DNA of 64,000 nucleotides from Octopus sinensis (taxonomy: Eukaryota), in the NCBI RefSeq assembly GCF_006345805.1, contig NC_043005.1, positions 107,136,001 through 107,200,000 on the forward strand, read 5' to 3'. A program made the position numbers and the translations under genes. Below, piece after piece: positions 1-13,687 of this stretch. Within the stretch, counting starts at the first letter, position 1. Each line of letters opens with the position of its first letter. Below the pieces are notes generated by a model. The model saw nothing but the letters and a program-made list of their open reading frames with translations, was not told the DNA's origin and ran no database searches.

Positions 1-296
1 CCATAGAATATTACAAAACGTTTGAGTTTTATGACTACGTGAATATATATATATATATGGTTTTATCTGCATGTATACGTTGTATTATTATGCATAATAT
101 ATATATATATATATATATATACGCATGCGCGAGAGCGTTTCTATAAATCCGTACATATAATATACTCATATATATGTGAATACATGTGTATGAGAGTATG
201 TGTATGTGTATCTATCTATCTATCTATCTATCTATATATATATATAAATTTATCTACCTATCCATCCCATCTATCTATCTATCTATCTATCTATCG

Positions 297-338
<42 letters not shown>

Positions 339-477
339 ATATATATATATTATGATATGATAGCTGCCACCTCGTATCGAGTATATATATATAGATAATA
401 TATATATATCTGATATATTATATATATATATAATATCTATCTATATATATATATAATATATAATATATATATATTTA

Positions 478-509
<32 letters not shown>

Positions 510-1135
510 TATATAATATATATAATATATATATATAATATATATTATATATATGTGTGTGTATGTATATGTATTGATATGCTTGCACACATATGCTCTG
601 TGTGTGCTTGCGCGTGTGCGTCTGTGTGTGATTACGTTTGCGCATGTGTACGAACGCTTGCGTATGTGTCATAGCACTTCTGCGTATATGCGCTTATTTT
701 CGTGTAAAGATTTGCTACACATTTCCATATATGTGAATGTTTGCGTGTGTAGTATGAATTTTTTATGTCTCAGTTTTTGGTATATAATTACATGCATCGC
801 TTTGTCATGGTATGTATATTTCTACGTCAGAGAGTGTTTATATATATTTACGTCCGTGTATGTATATATGTGTCTATGTCCGTACGTATGTGCGAACCTA
901 CGTACTCACACGTGTACGGACGTATATATGTATTTATGTATGTTGATAGTGTTTCTTTTATATTAATGTATTCATCAGTCAGGCTATCTGAATTGATGTA
1001 AACATTTATACATTAGATTATTTTTCCAGCCATTAAACTTACGGTGACCTTACGAGGTCAAACACTGTCAAATAAATATGTAATTGACTCTGTGTATATG
1101 TAATATATTTGTAGGTGTTATATATAAATGTTTAT

Positions 1136-1181
<46 letters not shown>

Positions 1182-1246
1182 AATTCATATATATGTATAT
1201 AAATTCATATATATGCATATATATTATTGTATATATATAATTCAAG

Positions 1247-1284
<38 letters not shown>

Positions 1285-1902
1285 CATGAATGCATATATA
1301 TATGTATGTATCTATAATATATGAATATGTATGCATGTGTTTGTGTCTATAAATACATACACAGACACAGACATGCACACATTTGTATGAACACACACAT
1401 GTGGATTTGAGTGTATATATCTATAGATATCAATTAAATATACATATTGTATATAATATATATACACACACACATGTACACACCCACACACACATATGAA
1501 TACATCTGTCATAAGATGCATCTGTCATATGGGCCAACATTTTCCTGTCATGCACTGATATTTATCATATTAGATTTGCATAATCATACATTTATCTGTC
1601 TAGCTATCTAAACAACTCACTTCTTTTTATCTATCTCTACTCCCCTGTTTGCTCAGCTGAAAAAGCTATCATTCAGTCTTTGTATGTTTCTATCTGTCTA
1701 TCTCCCTCTCTCTCTCTATGTCGTTCTCTATCTATCCGTCTCTCTATTTAACGTCTGCTAGTCTGTCTGTCTGTTTACCTGTCGTCTGCCATCTGTATGG
1801 AACTTGCCACAAACGCATTTTTTTTGCTTTTGTCTCTTTCTAGGAATCGAGACATGTCTTTATTTCTGATACTGTCTATCGGGTCATAAAGTCTCTCTCA
1901 AC

Positions 1903-1972
<70 letters not shown>

Positions 1973-2192
1973 ATCTATCTCCCATTTTATATACATCTAT
2001 ACGCAAATAGGTTTATGTGTCTATGTATATACACTATGATGTGAATAGACGTGTAAATGTGTCATAAATTTTGCGTGCTCTTCCCAGTATGTACATGTGT
2101 ATATAACGGAATATATATATATATACACGCCCTCAACACATATATACGTACATATATCTATATCTGTATCTTTATATATATACATACATACA

Positions 2193-2227
<35 letters not shown>

Positions 2228-2278
2228 GATGTATATATATGCATATACATATGTATATATATGCATATAAATATAATA

Positions 2279-2321
<43 letters not shown>

Positions 2322-2879
2322 ATATATATAATATTTACACACACACCCACACCTTAAAATATAGAAAAGTTAAGAAGGTTGTTATTAAATATATATATTT
2401 TTTAAAAATACATAAACAACATACGTATTTGTATTCAAATTGAATTTAATATCAATACTTTGTTTAAATTAAGTATGAAATACTCAGAACTTAACCATTT
2501 ATTTTGCGTTTATATGTCATATATATGTAGATTACATACATATATTGACACTCCTTCTCTTAAAGGTCAAGGGAGCTAACCGTTGTAGCTCTGACTAAGA
2601 CAGCAAAAAATAAATGAGTTGTCACAAAGTCCTCGATATTATAACGATATTGTCTTTAGAGATCTATTTTTATACATTTAAATATAATGCGAATCGTTGC
2701 ATTAATGCACATACATGTGTGTGTTAGTGTTGGTGTGTGTGTGTGTCTGTGTGTGAGTGTTTACGTAATAAATTATATAGTCATTAAAATCGCTCCAGAC
2801 ATCAAGCCTGATGTTTCATATGTCTTCCGGATCAAACTTTGGAGAAGTTTACATCCATATTTACATACATGCATACATA

Positions 2880-2918
<39 letters not shown>

Positions 2919-3035
2919 TATATACATGTAGACATACCAATATCTCTATATCTCTCTCCCTATATGTATATATATATATATTATTCATTTATTTTTATAT
3001 ATATTTATTTATATTATATTTACTATATATATATA

Positions 3036-3082
<47 letters not shown>

Positions 3083-3135
3083 ATATTTATATATATTTAT
3101 ATATATAGATAGATATAGATATATGTATGTATATG

Positions 3136-3182
<47 letters not shown>

Positions 3183-3495
3183 TGCAAACATTTCTGTTAT
3201 TTGTGTGCATGTGATGGTAGGAAAACTTGAAAGCGAAATTGGATGAAGGGAAATCCTTGCATTATTTACGAAAGAACCATTCTTAAAATGGTGGCCCGAG
3301 AAACCACCTTAATACGACATGCAGGCTGTTTGATATTGGGTGGGTCATTCATCTGTCAAATATTCCAAAGTGCGATCACATGGGATATGTAGTTAAGATG
3401 GATATATGTAAATATTTACATAAACGACCATTCAAATCTAGGATTTGTCTTGTTGTGTATAATTGCATATGTACGTACATATATGTATATATACA

Positions 3496-3876
3496 CTTTT
3501 ACTTGTTTCAGTCATTTGACTGCAGTCATGCTGGAGCAACGCTTTTAGTCGAGCACATCGACCCCAGGATTCATTCTTTGTAAGCCTAGTACTTATTCTA
3601 TCGGTATCTTTCGCCGAATCGCTAGGTGACGGGGACGTAAACACACCAGCGTCGGTTTTCAAGCTATGTTGGGGTGGGGGCAAACACAGGCACACAAACA
3701 TATACGCATACATACATATATACGACGGTGTTCTTTCAATTTCCGTCTACCAAATCCACTCAAAAGGCTTTGGTCAGCCCGAGGCTATAGTAGAAGACAC
3801 CTGCCCAACGTGCCATGCAGTGGGACTGAACCCGGAACCATGTGGTTGGTAATCAAGCTACTTATCACACAGCCAC
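3496..3876 (-). mobile_element. tRNA-derived CORE-like SINE (family B), head cut by assembly gap
   Basis: Matches copies at 12781, 50349, 51712 and 56272. On the minus strand: GTGGCTGTGTG..GGTTCCGGGTTCAGTCCCACTGC head, a CCTTGGGCAAGTGTCTTC-type CORE-like segment, internal (TA/CA)n and a TGAAACAAGTAAAAG tail. Confidence 0.9.
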
Positions 3877-3976
3877 NNNNNNNNNNNNNNNNNNNNNNNN
3901 NNNNNNNNNNNNNNNNNNNNNNNNNNNNNNNNNNNNNNNNNNNNNNNNNNNNNNNNNNNNNNNNNNNNNNNNNNNN
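3877..3976. other. assembly gap (100 N)
   Basis: Run of N from 3877 to 3976. Confidence 0.99.
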
Positions 3977-4094
3977 ATTTACATGTATATATGTGTGTGT
4001 ATATATATATATGTATATATATATGTATATATATATATATACATGTATATATGTGTGTGTATATAATATGTATATAATATATATGTATATATAT

Positions 4095-4154
<60 letters not shown>

Positions 4155-4329
4155 AATATGTTATATCATTATGCATATTCTGGTCTACGAGAAAACGCGG
4201 AAAAATAAAGAACATGGGTGTAAAAGACGGATTGAGAGAAGAAAAGGTGAATCCCCCAAAAAGATAAATAAGATAGAAAAAGAAAGAAAGATAAAGAGTT
4301 GCGTCCCATTTGTCCATCGCAATCATAAT

Positions 4330-4600
4330 TAACGTAGCTGGTGTAGTTAAATTTGAAGGGCCAGGAGGCCAAAGTCTGTGAGACAGCTGCTCAATCCGGA
4401 GAAAGTATTTTTCTCCTCGTCGACTTAAGAAACTTGTCCATGTGCTTATAGTTTCTATCAATTATGGAATGAAGTAGCGTGGGTGAATTCGGCGATCTAT
4501 GAGGAATATACGATGTTTCAGTAATCCATAGCTTGCCACTCTGTGACTCATTTACACATGACGTAGATTGCTTCACAACGATCCACTTGATTGCATGTGG
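4330..4600 (-). repeat. old dispersed repeat, inverted relative to copy at 5960-6255
   Basis: 4369-4396 is the exact reverse complement of 6192-6219 (GATTGAGCAGCTGTCTCACAGACTTTGG, 28 nt); looser similarity extends about 300 bp. Confidence 0.7.
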
Positions 4601-4629
4601 TTTTCTGGTAAACTTCAGCTCCCAAGTTC

Positions 4630-5860
4630 AAAAGTAAGTGGAAAGTTCATAGGCTGATTATGAAGGAGTGATCCTAGAGTTGCTGTGAAACTTTGCATGC
4701 ATTAATTTCAGCTACATTGAAATAACTACAATAAATAAACAATAACTACATTGCTTTTTTTGAAGCAAACTGACATCAGGCACTTTAAAGAAGACATCAA
4801 CAGTAACTAGTTGCGAATTCTTTTGCAAATGGACAAAGTTTAGCGCCGTGTTCTGAAGTACCTGCAGAAAAAAGTGTTTATCCGTCAATGACATTCATGC
4901 TGACACCCCACCATTATTGACGGCACAGAAGTGGGCAGTTGAATTTAGGAGGGAAGAGAGATACTTAAAGACGATGATCTGTCATCACCAAGGAAAACCT
5001 TGATCACGTTCATAACATGGTTATGGGTAACACGCAATTGACTATAAGTCAAAGAGCCAATTCCATTAGCATATCTATATTCTGCTCAATAAATTTGGGA
5101 GGACGAAGGTTTCTGCTCAGTGGGTTCCATGTCATCAAACACATGATCAAACGCATCTCAGGCTGATTACCTCACGGGGAAATCTGATATTGTTTGAAGG
5201 AGATCCAGTTGGTTTCTTTGAATGTTTCTTAAGCCAGAATGTGAGTTGGCTTCATCACTTTGAGTCAGAGACAAATATATCATCAATGTAGTGGAAACAA
5301 ACCTCCTCACTTGCGCCAATGAAGGCCAAGGTCATTTCATTTGCAGGGAAGGTGACGGCCTCAGTTGTTTGGGAACGCAAAAGGCATTGTTTCTATTGAC
5401 TATTTTCAAAAGTGGCGCACTATCAATGGAAAGTACTATGCCGATTTGCTGAGACAGTTACGAAAGGCTATCAAAACGAAACACCCACGAGAACCGACGA
5501 AAGGGGTCCTGTTTCATCAGGACAGTGTTCCAGTACAGAGGTCCTTTGTTTCAATGACTGCTGGGCGAAACTTTGGCTTGAAATGATTTGACCCCGTTTA
5601 ACTATCATTTGTTTCCCAACATGAAAAAATACTTGGTTATACTCCAGTATGGCAGTGATGATGACGTCATATCGGCTGATGATGATATGATATTTATGAC
5701 TGATGATGATGATGATATTTATGACTGACAGGATGAAAGCTTTGTCGACAGAACTTTCTGGTGCGCAGGCTGGACTATGCTGAAAGTATTGTGAGAAAAC
5801 TCTCACATTCAGTGAGAGTACTTTGTTCAGCATATGACTGTTTCAGCCGACCACACTCGT
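4630..5860 (+). mobile_element. decayed mariner (DD34D-type) DNA transposon with frameshifted transposase
   Basis: Translations KWAVEFRR, KVSAQWVP, WLHHFESET, KAKVISFAGKVTASV and FGNAKGIVSIDYFQKWRTINGKYYADLLRQLRKAIKTK..GVLFHQD are typical mariner motifs. Degenerate TIR pair GAAAGTTCATAGGCTGA (about 4640-4657) and TCAGCATATGACTGTTTC (about 5827-5844). Confidence 0.9.
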
Positions 5861-5959
5861 CTAGCCACATTTGTGGTTATATTTTTATAAGTGCGAAGGC
5901 TATTTTGGAAGAAATTATGCAACCACACGTCTTCTTTTCGACACAGGAAGTAAAATAAA

Positions 5960-6255
5960 GCCACAGTCTTGGCTAGCCACATATGTGGCAACTGCATACC
6001 GCATACAATCAAACTGAGCAGCGTGGAGAAATCTAGGCCTTATGTAAATGGAGCAAATAGATGGAAGCTACGTGCCATTCCTCACACACTGACCATGAAT
6101 TCCAATACTCAATTCCAGATCCGAAACCTTTAGCAAGTGCAAGCACATGGACTGGTTTCTTTTCTCGAAATGGAGGAGACAACTATCTCTAGATTGAGCA
6201 GCTGTCTCACAGACTTTGGTCTGTTGCCTTCTGGATTGTACTCCACCAGCTATAT
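5960..6255 (+). repeat. old dispersed repeat, inverted partner of 4330-4600
   Basis: Shares a 28-nt exact block and looser flanking similarity with the reverse complement of 4330-4600. Confidence 0.7.
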
Positions 6256-6356
6256 TTATATATATGCATATAAATTATCACGCGAGATTTCCCTGGCCCT
6301 TCTGTTTGTGTGTCAACTCCTCGGGTCGACACAATCGATTAACTTCATACACCTGG

Positions 6357-6404
<48 letters not shown>

Positions 6405-7159
6405 CATCATCATCATCATCATCATCATTCTCATCATCATCATCGTTATTATTATTATCATTATTATTTTTATTATCATCATCATCATTATTATTATAAT
6501 TATGTATGTATGCATCTTTGTATGTAGTTATGTACACAATAAATGACACAGGTGACAGAACAACAAACACTGTGCATTAAAGTGTGTGTGTGTGCGTGTG
6601 TGTGTGATGGTGTGTGTGTGAAGTAATGAACTCCGTTTATTCATGAATGTGTGAGCAAGCATGTAGACGAGTGTATATGTTACCAATACAAGAAGGAAAC
6701 TCAAACATAAGCATCTGGATTTTGTCCAACCAAGTATGTTAATATAAAACTTTCTCTTTATGTTAAGTTTTTCGTTTGTGCTATTGCAAGTAATTAGCAA
6801 AATAGATTTATCAAGAAATATAATCCAAAACTGAACACTTTATGCGATAGAGTGAGAAAACCTAGTATATTCGATCCAACTATACAATTAGAACAAGCAA
6901 AGAGAAACTAAATAATAATTTAGAAAATGAAAATTTAAGGTAACGGGCTTCCTCCATGAAATGAAAACATGACTCCAACTCAACGTGTAAATTTGTATTA
7001 AGATTAACCAATTGGATTATATTTTTGGTTTAAACTTGAGTTTCAGCAGCAACCATTTATCCGAAATCCAGCCAAGAAAAATGAGGAACATGTTAAAGGA
7101 ACCAGTCAATAAGTAAATAAGTTGCCTCAAAGAGTCACCCAAACAGGACGCTAGAATAC

Positions 7160-7325
7160 TCTGGAATAAAATCTAAGGACCAACCCGTATCATAAACATC
7201 TCAGGTAGTAACACACCATGAACTCTAGACAACAAGATATTAACAAGTGACATCTTTGAAGAAATTGTCAATCAACGCCTGGCCCTATACTTTGAAACTT
7301 AATTATATGGGCAAATATCAGCTTG
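7160..7325 (+). mobile_element. possible highly decayed LINE reverse-transcriptase scrap
   Basis: Frame reads KILTSDIFEEIVNQRLALYFET*, resembling the ..LTS..K.FE.IV..RL..YLE segment of LINE RTs; contains stops and the match is weak. Confidence 0.3.
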
Positions 7326-7851
7326 AAAAGTGGCTTAACTACGGTGTTGGTAAAAGTAAAGAAAACTATTAACATTTAAGCCCCACACAACACGACTGTG
7401 AGAATAGAAAGGTTCCTTAAAATTTAAAAACTCCATAGTGATTTAATACATTCATAATATATTCCTATGATACTTATTGAACTTCCTCATTTGTATAATA
7501 TTCATTCCAACAAAATTTATCGTGTATTTGAACATTATTTATATCTTATGGTTATGAAGACTAAACAACATCTAAATTTTCATTATATAATTTTGTTAAG
7601 AAGCAAACTGAACATTTCATGTTTGAGCATATATAGCATTTTTATACACCCCTTCCTTCTAAAACATCACCTTATTTTATCTATTCAATATTGAAAATGA
7701 ATATTGAAACCGGTATGGTATTGAATAAATGGAGCATTATAAAAATCTACAATCCGTTTTAAAATCCAAATGCATTTTCAACCTCGAAAGATTAGATTTC
7801 TGTTTCTGTAGAAGTAAATATTTCTGTGTGTGTGTGTGTGTGTGCATGTAC

Positions 7852-7922
<71 letters not shown>

Positions 7923-8451
7923 AGGTATATACGTTGGTAGCAAGGTTGATATATCTTTATAGACAGATGTATAAATAAGTAGTTAGATAAAAGTTAGATA
8001 AATTGATATATAACGCGATAGAATGGTAATTAAAAAAACAGAAGAGATTAAAAACGACAAGCAGAGATTGACGCTTAAAAATCGTAAGAAATTTACTTTG
8101 AATGTCACTTCATATATATTTTGCTTCTCCCCAGATTCTACAGTCGCAAGATACAGATTCAAAGAAGAAGAAAAAATGATTATTTCAGTGTAAATTAAAC
8201 GAGACATCAAAACACACATCCACTAACACACGCGCATGTATTTATATATATATTTATATATACATATATATTTATATATCTATAGTGAGAGAGAGAGTGA
8301 GAGTGAGAGAGAGAATGAGAGAGAGAGAGTGAGAGAGAGAGGAGAGATGGAAAGAGAAAAAGAGAGAACGAGAAACATACATTAATATATAAGCACATAT
8401 ATATATGTATGCATATATGCACATACAGAAGTATGCATGTATGCAATCTTC

Positions 8452-8571
<120 letters not shown>

Positions 8572-8645
8572 CAAAGATATATCAAAATGTATTTTTATAT
8601 ATAAACATATATATATCTATATATTTATACATATATATATATGTA

Positions 8646-8701
<56 letters not shown>

Positions 8702-9064
8702 TTCTACACCAGTAGAAAGCAACAGACATAGAGACATACGTGGGGTGGAGATGTGGGAGAGAGAAACATTGCTACATTGAGTTAGAGCGCCAAAATACAT
8801 CACGATGTAAATATAGAATACTAAAATATATCGCCAGTGAAAGATGTATCAATTATGAAATGATCAGAAAAAATGCAAGAACAACAATAACGAAAAGAAG
8901 AATGAGAAGCAAAAACACACCATACACACATAAAAAAAAGCAAAACAAAAGCAAAATTTATGATTGATATGAACGTAATATATCATAAATTATTCTATTG
9001 TTCTGTTTTAGATATATTTTTTTTTTAGTTAGTGTGTGTTTCTTAACCAATATGTTGTCTTTTC

Positions 9065-9489
9065 GTGTTACTTATAACGATACTGTTGTTGGTGTTGGGT
9101 TTTGATCGTAAAATAATAGTAGTAGTAGTAGTAGTAGTTAGTAGTAGTAGTAGTAATGGAGGTGGTGATAGTAGTGTTAATGGTGGTGATTGTTGTGGTG
9201 GTACTAGTGGTTGCAACAGTGGTGTTGGTGGTAGAACTAATAGTCATAGCAACTGGAGTTATCGTTGACACGGATTCTCGATGCTTTTGGCAAAGACGTT
9301 TATAATGATATTATGACGCTAATGATGATAATATTAACTGTGATGAACGCTACGATGAAGGTGAGGTCGATGACCACGACAACAATGACGAGGGTGATGA
9401 TTTTTAAGAAGACGAGAAAGATGATGGTAAAGAGGATGAACAGCATGACGACAACGGCGACAATGCTTATACAGATAATAATAATAATC

Positions 9490-9524
<35 letters not shown>

Positions 9525-9525
9525 T

Positions 9526-9586
<61 letters not shown>

Positions 9587-9621
9587 TAATAATAATAATA
9601 ACTATTATTATTGTTATTATT
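9065..9621. repeat. mosaic trinucleotide microsatellite (GTA/GGT/GAT/GAC/AAT)
   Basis: In-register drift of trinucleotide units ending in a long (AAT)n. Confidence 0.95.
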
Positions 9622-10060
9622 GAGTGAGAGAGCAGTGCATGCCATCAAAATGACACTGGGGTAAAATATACGAAGCCCAGTATACCCATCATGACTACCT
9701 GTCTGATAAGGGCACACCAGGCACGTGCATCACAACCATATGTGCGTGACATGGTGATCTCATATCAATATGAACAGCGCATGACCTTGCAGGTGGGGCC
9801 CAATTAGTATTTTCTTCAGGTCCAGTGGCCCATCCTACTCAAAAGGTCCTTGAATAAGGATTGTTTAAGGATGTTGAACTAAACACTCATGTTTCCGAAT
9901 TTTCCAAACTCCAAAGAATTACCCTCAACACATGGATATGAAGCTCCCCCACTACTTCTGCTTGTTATCAGAGATGCACATATCGTCAGCCGCTGAGGGA
10001 CATGGTCAACTGGTAAAGGTCAAACAACTGACAAGCAAATCTGTGGTATTGAGTAGAATT
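9622..10060 (-). mobile_element. non-autonomous retroposon-like repeat (family C), 5'-truncated copy
   Basis: Aligns with 10091-10592 and 43318-43875 (GCATGCCATCAAA.TGACA, GCAGGTGGGGCCCA, CCCCACTACTTCTGC, TGACAAGCAAATCTGTGGTATTGAG); (AAT)n tail on the minus strand. Confidence 0.85.
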
Positions 10061-10090
10061 AATGTTATCGTTAATATTATTATCATTACT

Positions 10091-10592
10091 GAGTGAATGA
10101 GTAACGCATGCCATCAAAGTGACACTGGAGTACAAATATACGAAGCCCAATATATCCATCATATCTATCAGGCGCATGCATCACAAACAATATGTGCGCG
10201 ACATGGTGCTCTCATACCAAGATATACAGCGCATGACATTGCAGGTGGGGTCCAGTTAGAATTTACTTCAGGTCGAGTAACGCATCCCTCTCAGAAGGTG
10301 CCTGAAAAAGGTTTCCAATGGTCTAAACTCAAAGTATTCGTCTCCACACATGGCTATGATACTTTCTCTCACTACTCCTGCACGTGATCAAAGATGCACA
10401 TATCGTCAGATACTAAGGAACTTGCTGAACATGTGAAGGTGAAGCAAATGACTGACAAAGCTGTGGTATTGAGTAGAAAACTTTGCAGTATGCAATCTTT
10501 TATTCCACGCCAAAACATATACATGACAAATCTTCCAATCAGTTTAGATGAGAAGTCGTGAGTGTCACTAGCAGGAACCGCAGCAGGGCATT
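10091..10592 (-). mobile_element. family C repeat, near full length, between (ATT)n tracts
   Basis: Same boundaries as 43318-43875 (ends ..AGGGCATT then (ATT)n); directly tandem to the copy at 9622. Confidence 0.85.
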
Positions 10593-11028
10593 GTTATTAT
10601 TATTGTTATTATTATTATTATTGTTGTTGTTATTATTATTATTATTATTATTATCATTATTGTTGTTGTTGTTATTGTTATTGCTATTTTTATTATCATT
10701 ATTGTTGTTGTTGTTGTTGTTATTATTATTATTATTGTTATTGTAATTATTATTATTGTTGTTATTATTATTATTATTATTATTATCATTATTGTTATTG
10801 TTATTGTTATTATGATTGTTATTTGGTGCTATTAAGTCAGACATGGCCTGGACCAATCTTTGGTCGAAACATATCTAAGTTTATCTAAGTTTATCATTAT
10901 TATTATTATCATTATTATTATTATTATTATTGTTGTTGTTGTTATCATTATTATTATTATTAATATTATTATTATTATTATTATTGTTATTGTTATTATT
11001 ATTATTATTATCATCATTATTAAAATTA

Positions 11029-11320
11029 TTGGTTTGACTCGTGTTGTTCTCATTCTTGGTAGAATCCATTTAGGCAGCAAGTTACTATCTGTAATCTTCG
11101 GTACCCACCAGCTTTTAATTGTCTTCCAAGTGCTTAGAACGCTTCTGATAATCATTCCCGTCCCTAATCGGCAAACTCTCTTTAGAACCTCTACAAGACA
11201 TTCTATCCCAATCTTCTTCAACCATTTGTCAATAACTTTGCTTACAGTTCCCAATTCACCGATTATTAAAGGCACATGCTTTACAGTTTTCATAATCCAG
11301 GTTATTGCAATTTCATATAT
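11029..11320 (-). mobile_element. 3' end of an RLE-type non-LTR retrotransposon (R4/Dong-like) with (AAT)n tail
   Basis: ORF 10832..11293(-) begins MKTVKHVPLIIGELGTVSKVIDKWLKKIGIECLVEVLKRVCRLGTGMIIRSVL, matching the C-terminal V.VVP..IG.LG..K...KWL..IGI...LQK...LGT..I.R.VL pattern after the restriction-like endonuclease. Confidence 0.75.
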
Positions 11321-11329
11321 TATGGGATT

Positions 11330-11640
11330 ATTATAATTATCATACTGATGATGATGGGGAGGAGGAGGTGGTATAGGAGGAGGACGACGATGACAACAAT
11401 GACGAGGACGATGATGATGGCGACGACGATGATGATGATGATGACGACGACGACGACGATGATGATGAAGTTAATGGTGATGATGATGGTAGTGATGATG
11501 GTGATGATGAAGTTGATGATGATGATGGTGATGATGATGATGGTGGTGGTGGTGGTGGTGATCGTGTTGGCGACAATGATGATGATCGTCGTGGTGGTGG
11601 TGGTTGTGATGATGGTGATGGTGATGGTGATGACGATGAG
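11330..11640. repeat. (GAT/GAC/GGT)n trinucleotide mosaic
   Basis: Direct inspection. Confidence 0.95.
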
Positions 11641-12236
11641 AAAAATCGATGGCTATGATCGTGTTTTGACGTCAAAAGTTATGGGAGATGGGCATATATG
11701 GTCAACATATCTACAGTTGTCCTAACGCAGTCATTTAACTTGAGCTGTTGAGTACCAACTTCCTTCCCACTCCCCATCCTCATCATTTGCGAAGTTTTCT
11801 AAATGCATCTCCTCTATTTTTGTGCAAGTAATGAAATTACAGATTCTTAAGTGACCAGCGTAGCAGAAATAATTTGACATACCCTCTGTGTTTCTTTTCG
11901 TCTTCTATCTCTCTATTCTAGCTCTCATTAAATCATAATTATATTGAATATCTCTCTGACAAATACACATAACAACTAATACACATACAAATATCATCAG
12001 TGAAGTGTATAAATCATACATTGGAAATTACAAATAAATTTTCTTTTCGTGGCTTTCCTTATTGCCTGTCTGAAAACCACAGAACATGTGCTTATAATGA
12101 TTAGCAAAGCGATATTTGTTATGCTCATTATATTTAGGTTCATGTATTCCGGACAGGATGGGGCAGCATGTTGGACGTAGTTTAACAGCACGGTCGATTG
12201 TGGTATATTCGATCAGATTACTTCCATGTAAGATGC

Positions 12237-12535
12237 TGTGGAGGCACATGGCCTTGTTGTTAGAGCAGCTGACTCGCGGTCGTGGAATCGCGGGTTCGAA
12301 TCTCAGACCGGGCGATGTGTGTGTTTATGAGCGAAACACCTAAGCTCCACGCGGCTCTGGCAGAAGGGAAAGGCGAACTTCTGTTGACTCTTTCGCCACA
12401 ACTTTCTCTCACTCTTTCCTCCTGCATCTTGCAGCTTACCTGTGACGGACCGGCGTCCCGTCCAGGTGGGGAACTTATACGCCAAGAAAACCGGGAAACC
12501 GGCCCTTATGAACCAGGCATGGCTCGAGAAGGAAA
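12237..12535 (+). mobile_element. tRNA-derived SINE (head and body as 36727 copy, tail as 54391 copy)
   Basis: A/B-box head TGGCCTTGTTGTTAG..GGGTTCGAATCTC, body GAGCGAAACACCTAAGCTCCACG..CCACAACTTTCTCTCACTCT, tail GGACCGGCGTCCCGTCCAGGTG..GGAAACCGGCCCTT. Confidence 0.85.
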
Positions 12536-12780
12536 TGTAAGATGCTCGTGCCATACAGCGTTTCGGTCATAAATGTGTGGAACTTGGACACATAAAAACA
12601 GCAGTTTTTTTATGTAGCACTAACCTTTTCGAGAGTGTTTGTGATCAACATAAGCTAAGCTTTTAGTATATAGGCAGTAGTTATCTAGTATAACCGCAGA
12701 CTGAAAAAAGTCAAACGTAATATATATACACACACTCATATATATATATGCGTATACATAAACAAACACACACACATATC

Positions 12781-13013
12781 TCTTTTACTCTTTTCTGTTT
12801 CACTTGTTTCAGTCATTTGACTGCGGCCATGCTTGAGCACCATCTTTAGTCGAGCAAATCGATCATATAACTTATTCTTTGGAAGCCTAGTACTTATTCT
12901 ATCGGTCTCTTTTGCCGAACCACTAATCTAAAGGGTATGTAAACACACAAAAATCGGTTGTCAAGCGATGGTGGGGAGACAAACACAGACACACAAATGT
13001 ATAGAAATACATA

Positions 13014-13058
<45 letters not shown>

Positions 13059-13252
13059 ACACACATATATATATATACATATATATACGACGGGCTTCTT
13101 TAAGTTTCCGTCTGACAAATCCACTCACAAGGCTTTGGTTGGCCCGAGGCTATAGTAGAAGACACTCGACAAGGTACCACGCAGTGGGTTTGAACTCGGA
13201 ACCATGTAGTTGGGAAGTAAGGTTCTTACCACACAGCCACCCCTGCGCCTAT
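12781..13252 (-). mobile_element. full-length family B SINE
   Basis: Runs from head (ATAGGCGCAGGGGTGGCTGTGTGGTAAG on minus) to GTAAAAGAG-type tail; internal (CA)n/(TA)n. Confidence 0.92.
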
Positions 13253-13687
13253 GTTACATATATAGCACAGTTTAACATTGTTAACCTATAATAAATCTAC
13301 GTTGAAGTCTCTGCTGCAAATGTATGTGGCATCGTATGCTGATAGGTTTGATAAACATTTGGCTGCATTGCTTAGTGGGACTGCACTACTTACTAACTGT
13401 TATCAGTTCAGATTGACTTATCTCCTAAAAAGAAAGTATTTTTGAAAAATAAAAAAAACGAAAATGATTTAGAGTGTAAAAGTCTTTGGAAAGTTCTTAG
13501 TCTTCTGTGTAATTATTTATGTTGATTTTGCTTTGACAAGCAGCGGTGACCTTGCGAAACAGTTGCGTTATAATACAGATAAAGAAATTAATTTGCACAT
13601 TGGACGTATTTTCCTTGATAACTTTTATAAATTGCATTCAGTTAAATGCTTCACGTTGTCTATTCAATAGTAAAAGAGAACACTGAA

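Noticed and set aside
10841-10880. GACCAA-TCT-TTGGTC-GAAAC hairpin resembling hammerhead stem II plus GAAA
   Set aside because: The CUGANGA half is missing (only CCTG abuts the stem) and stem I does not pair.
12237-12315. tRNA-like sequences here and at 37040-37116 and 54535-54612
   Set aside because: They run directly into SINE bodies and lack a clean cloverleaf and terminator, so they are SINE heads rather than tRNA genes.
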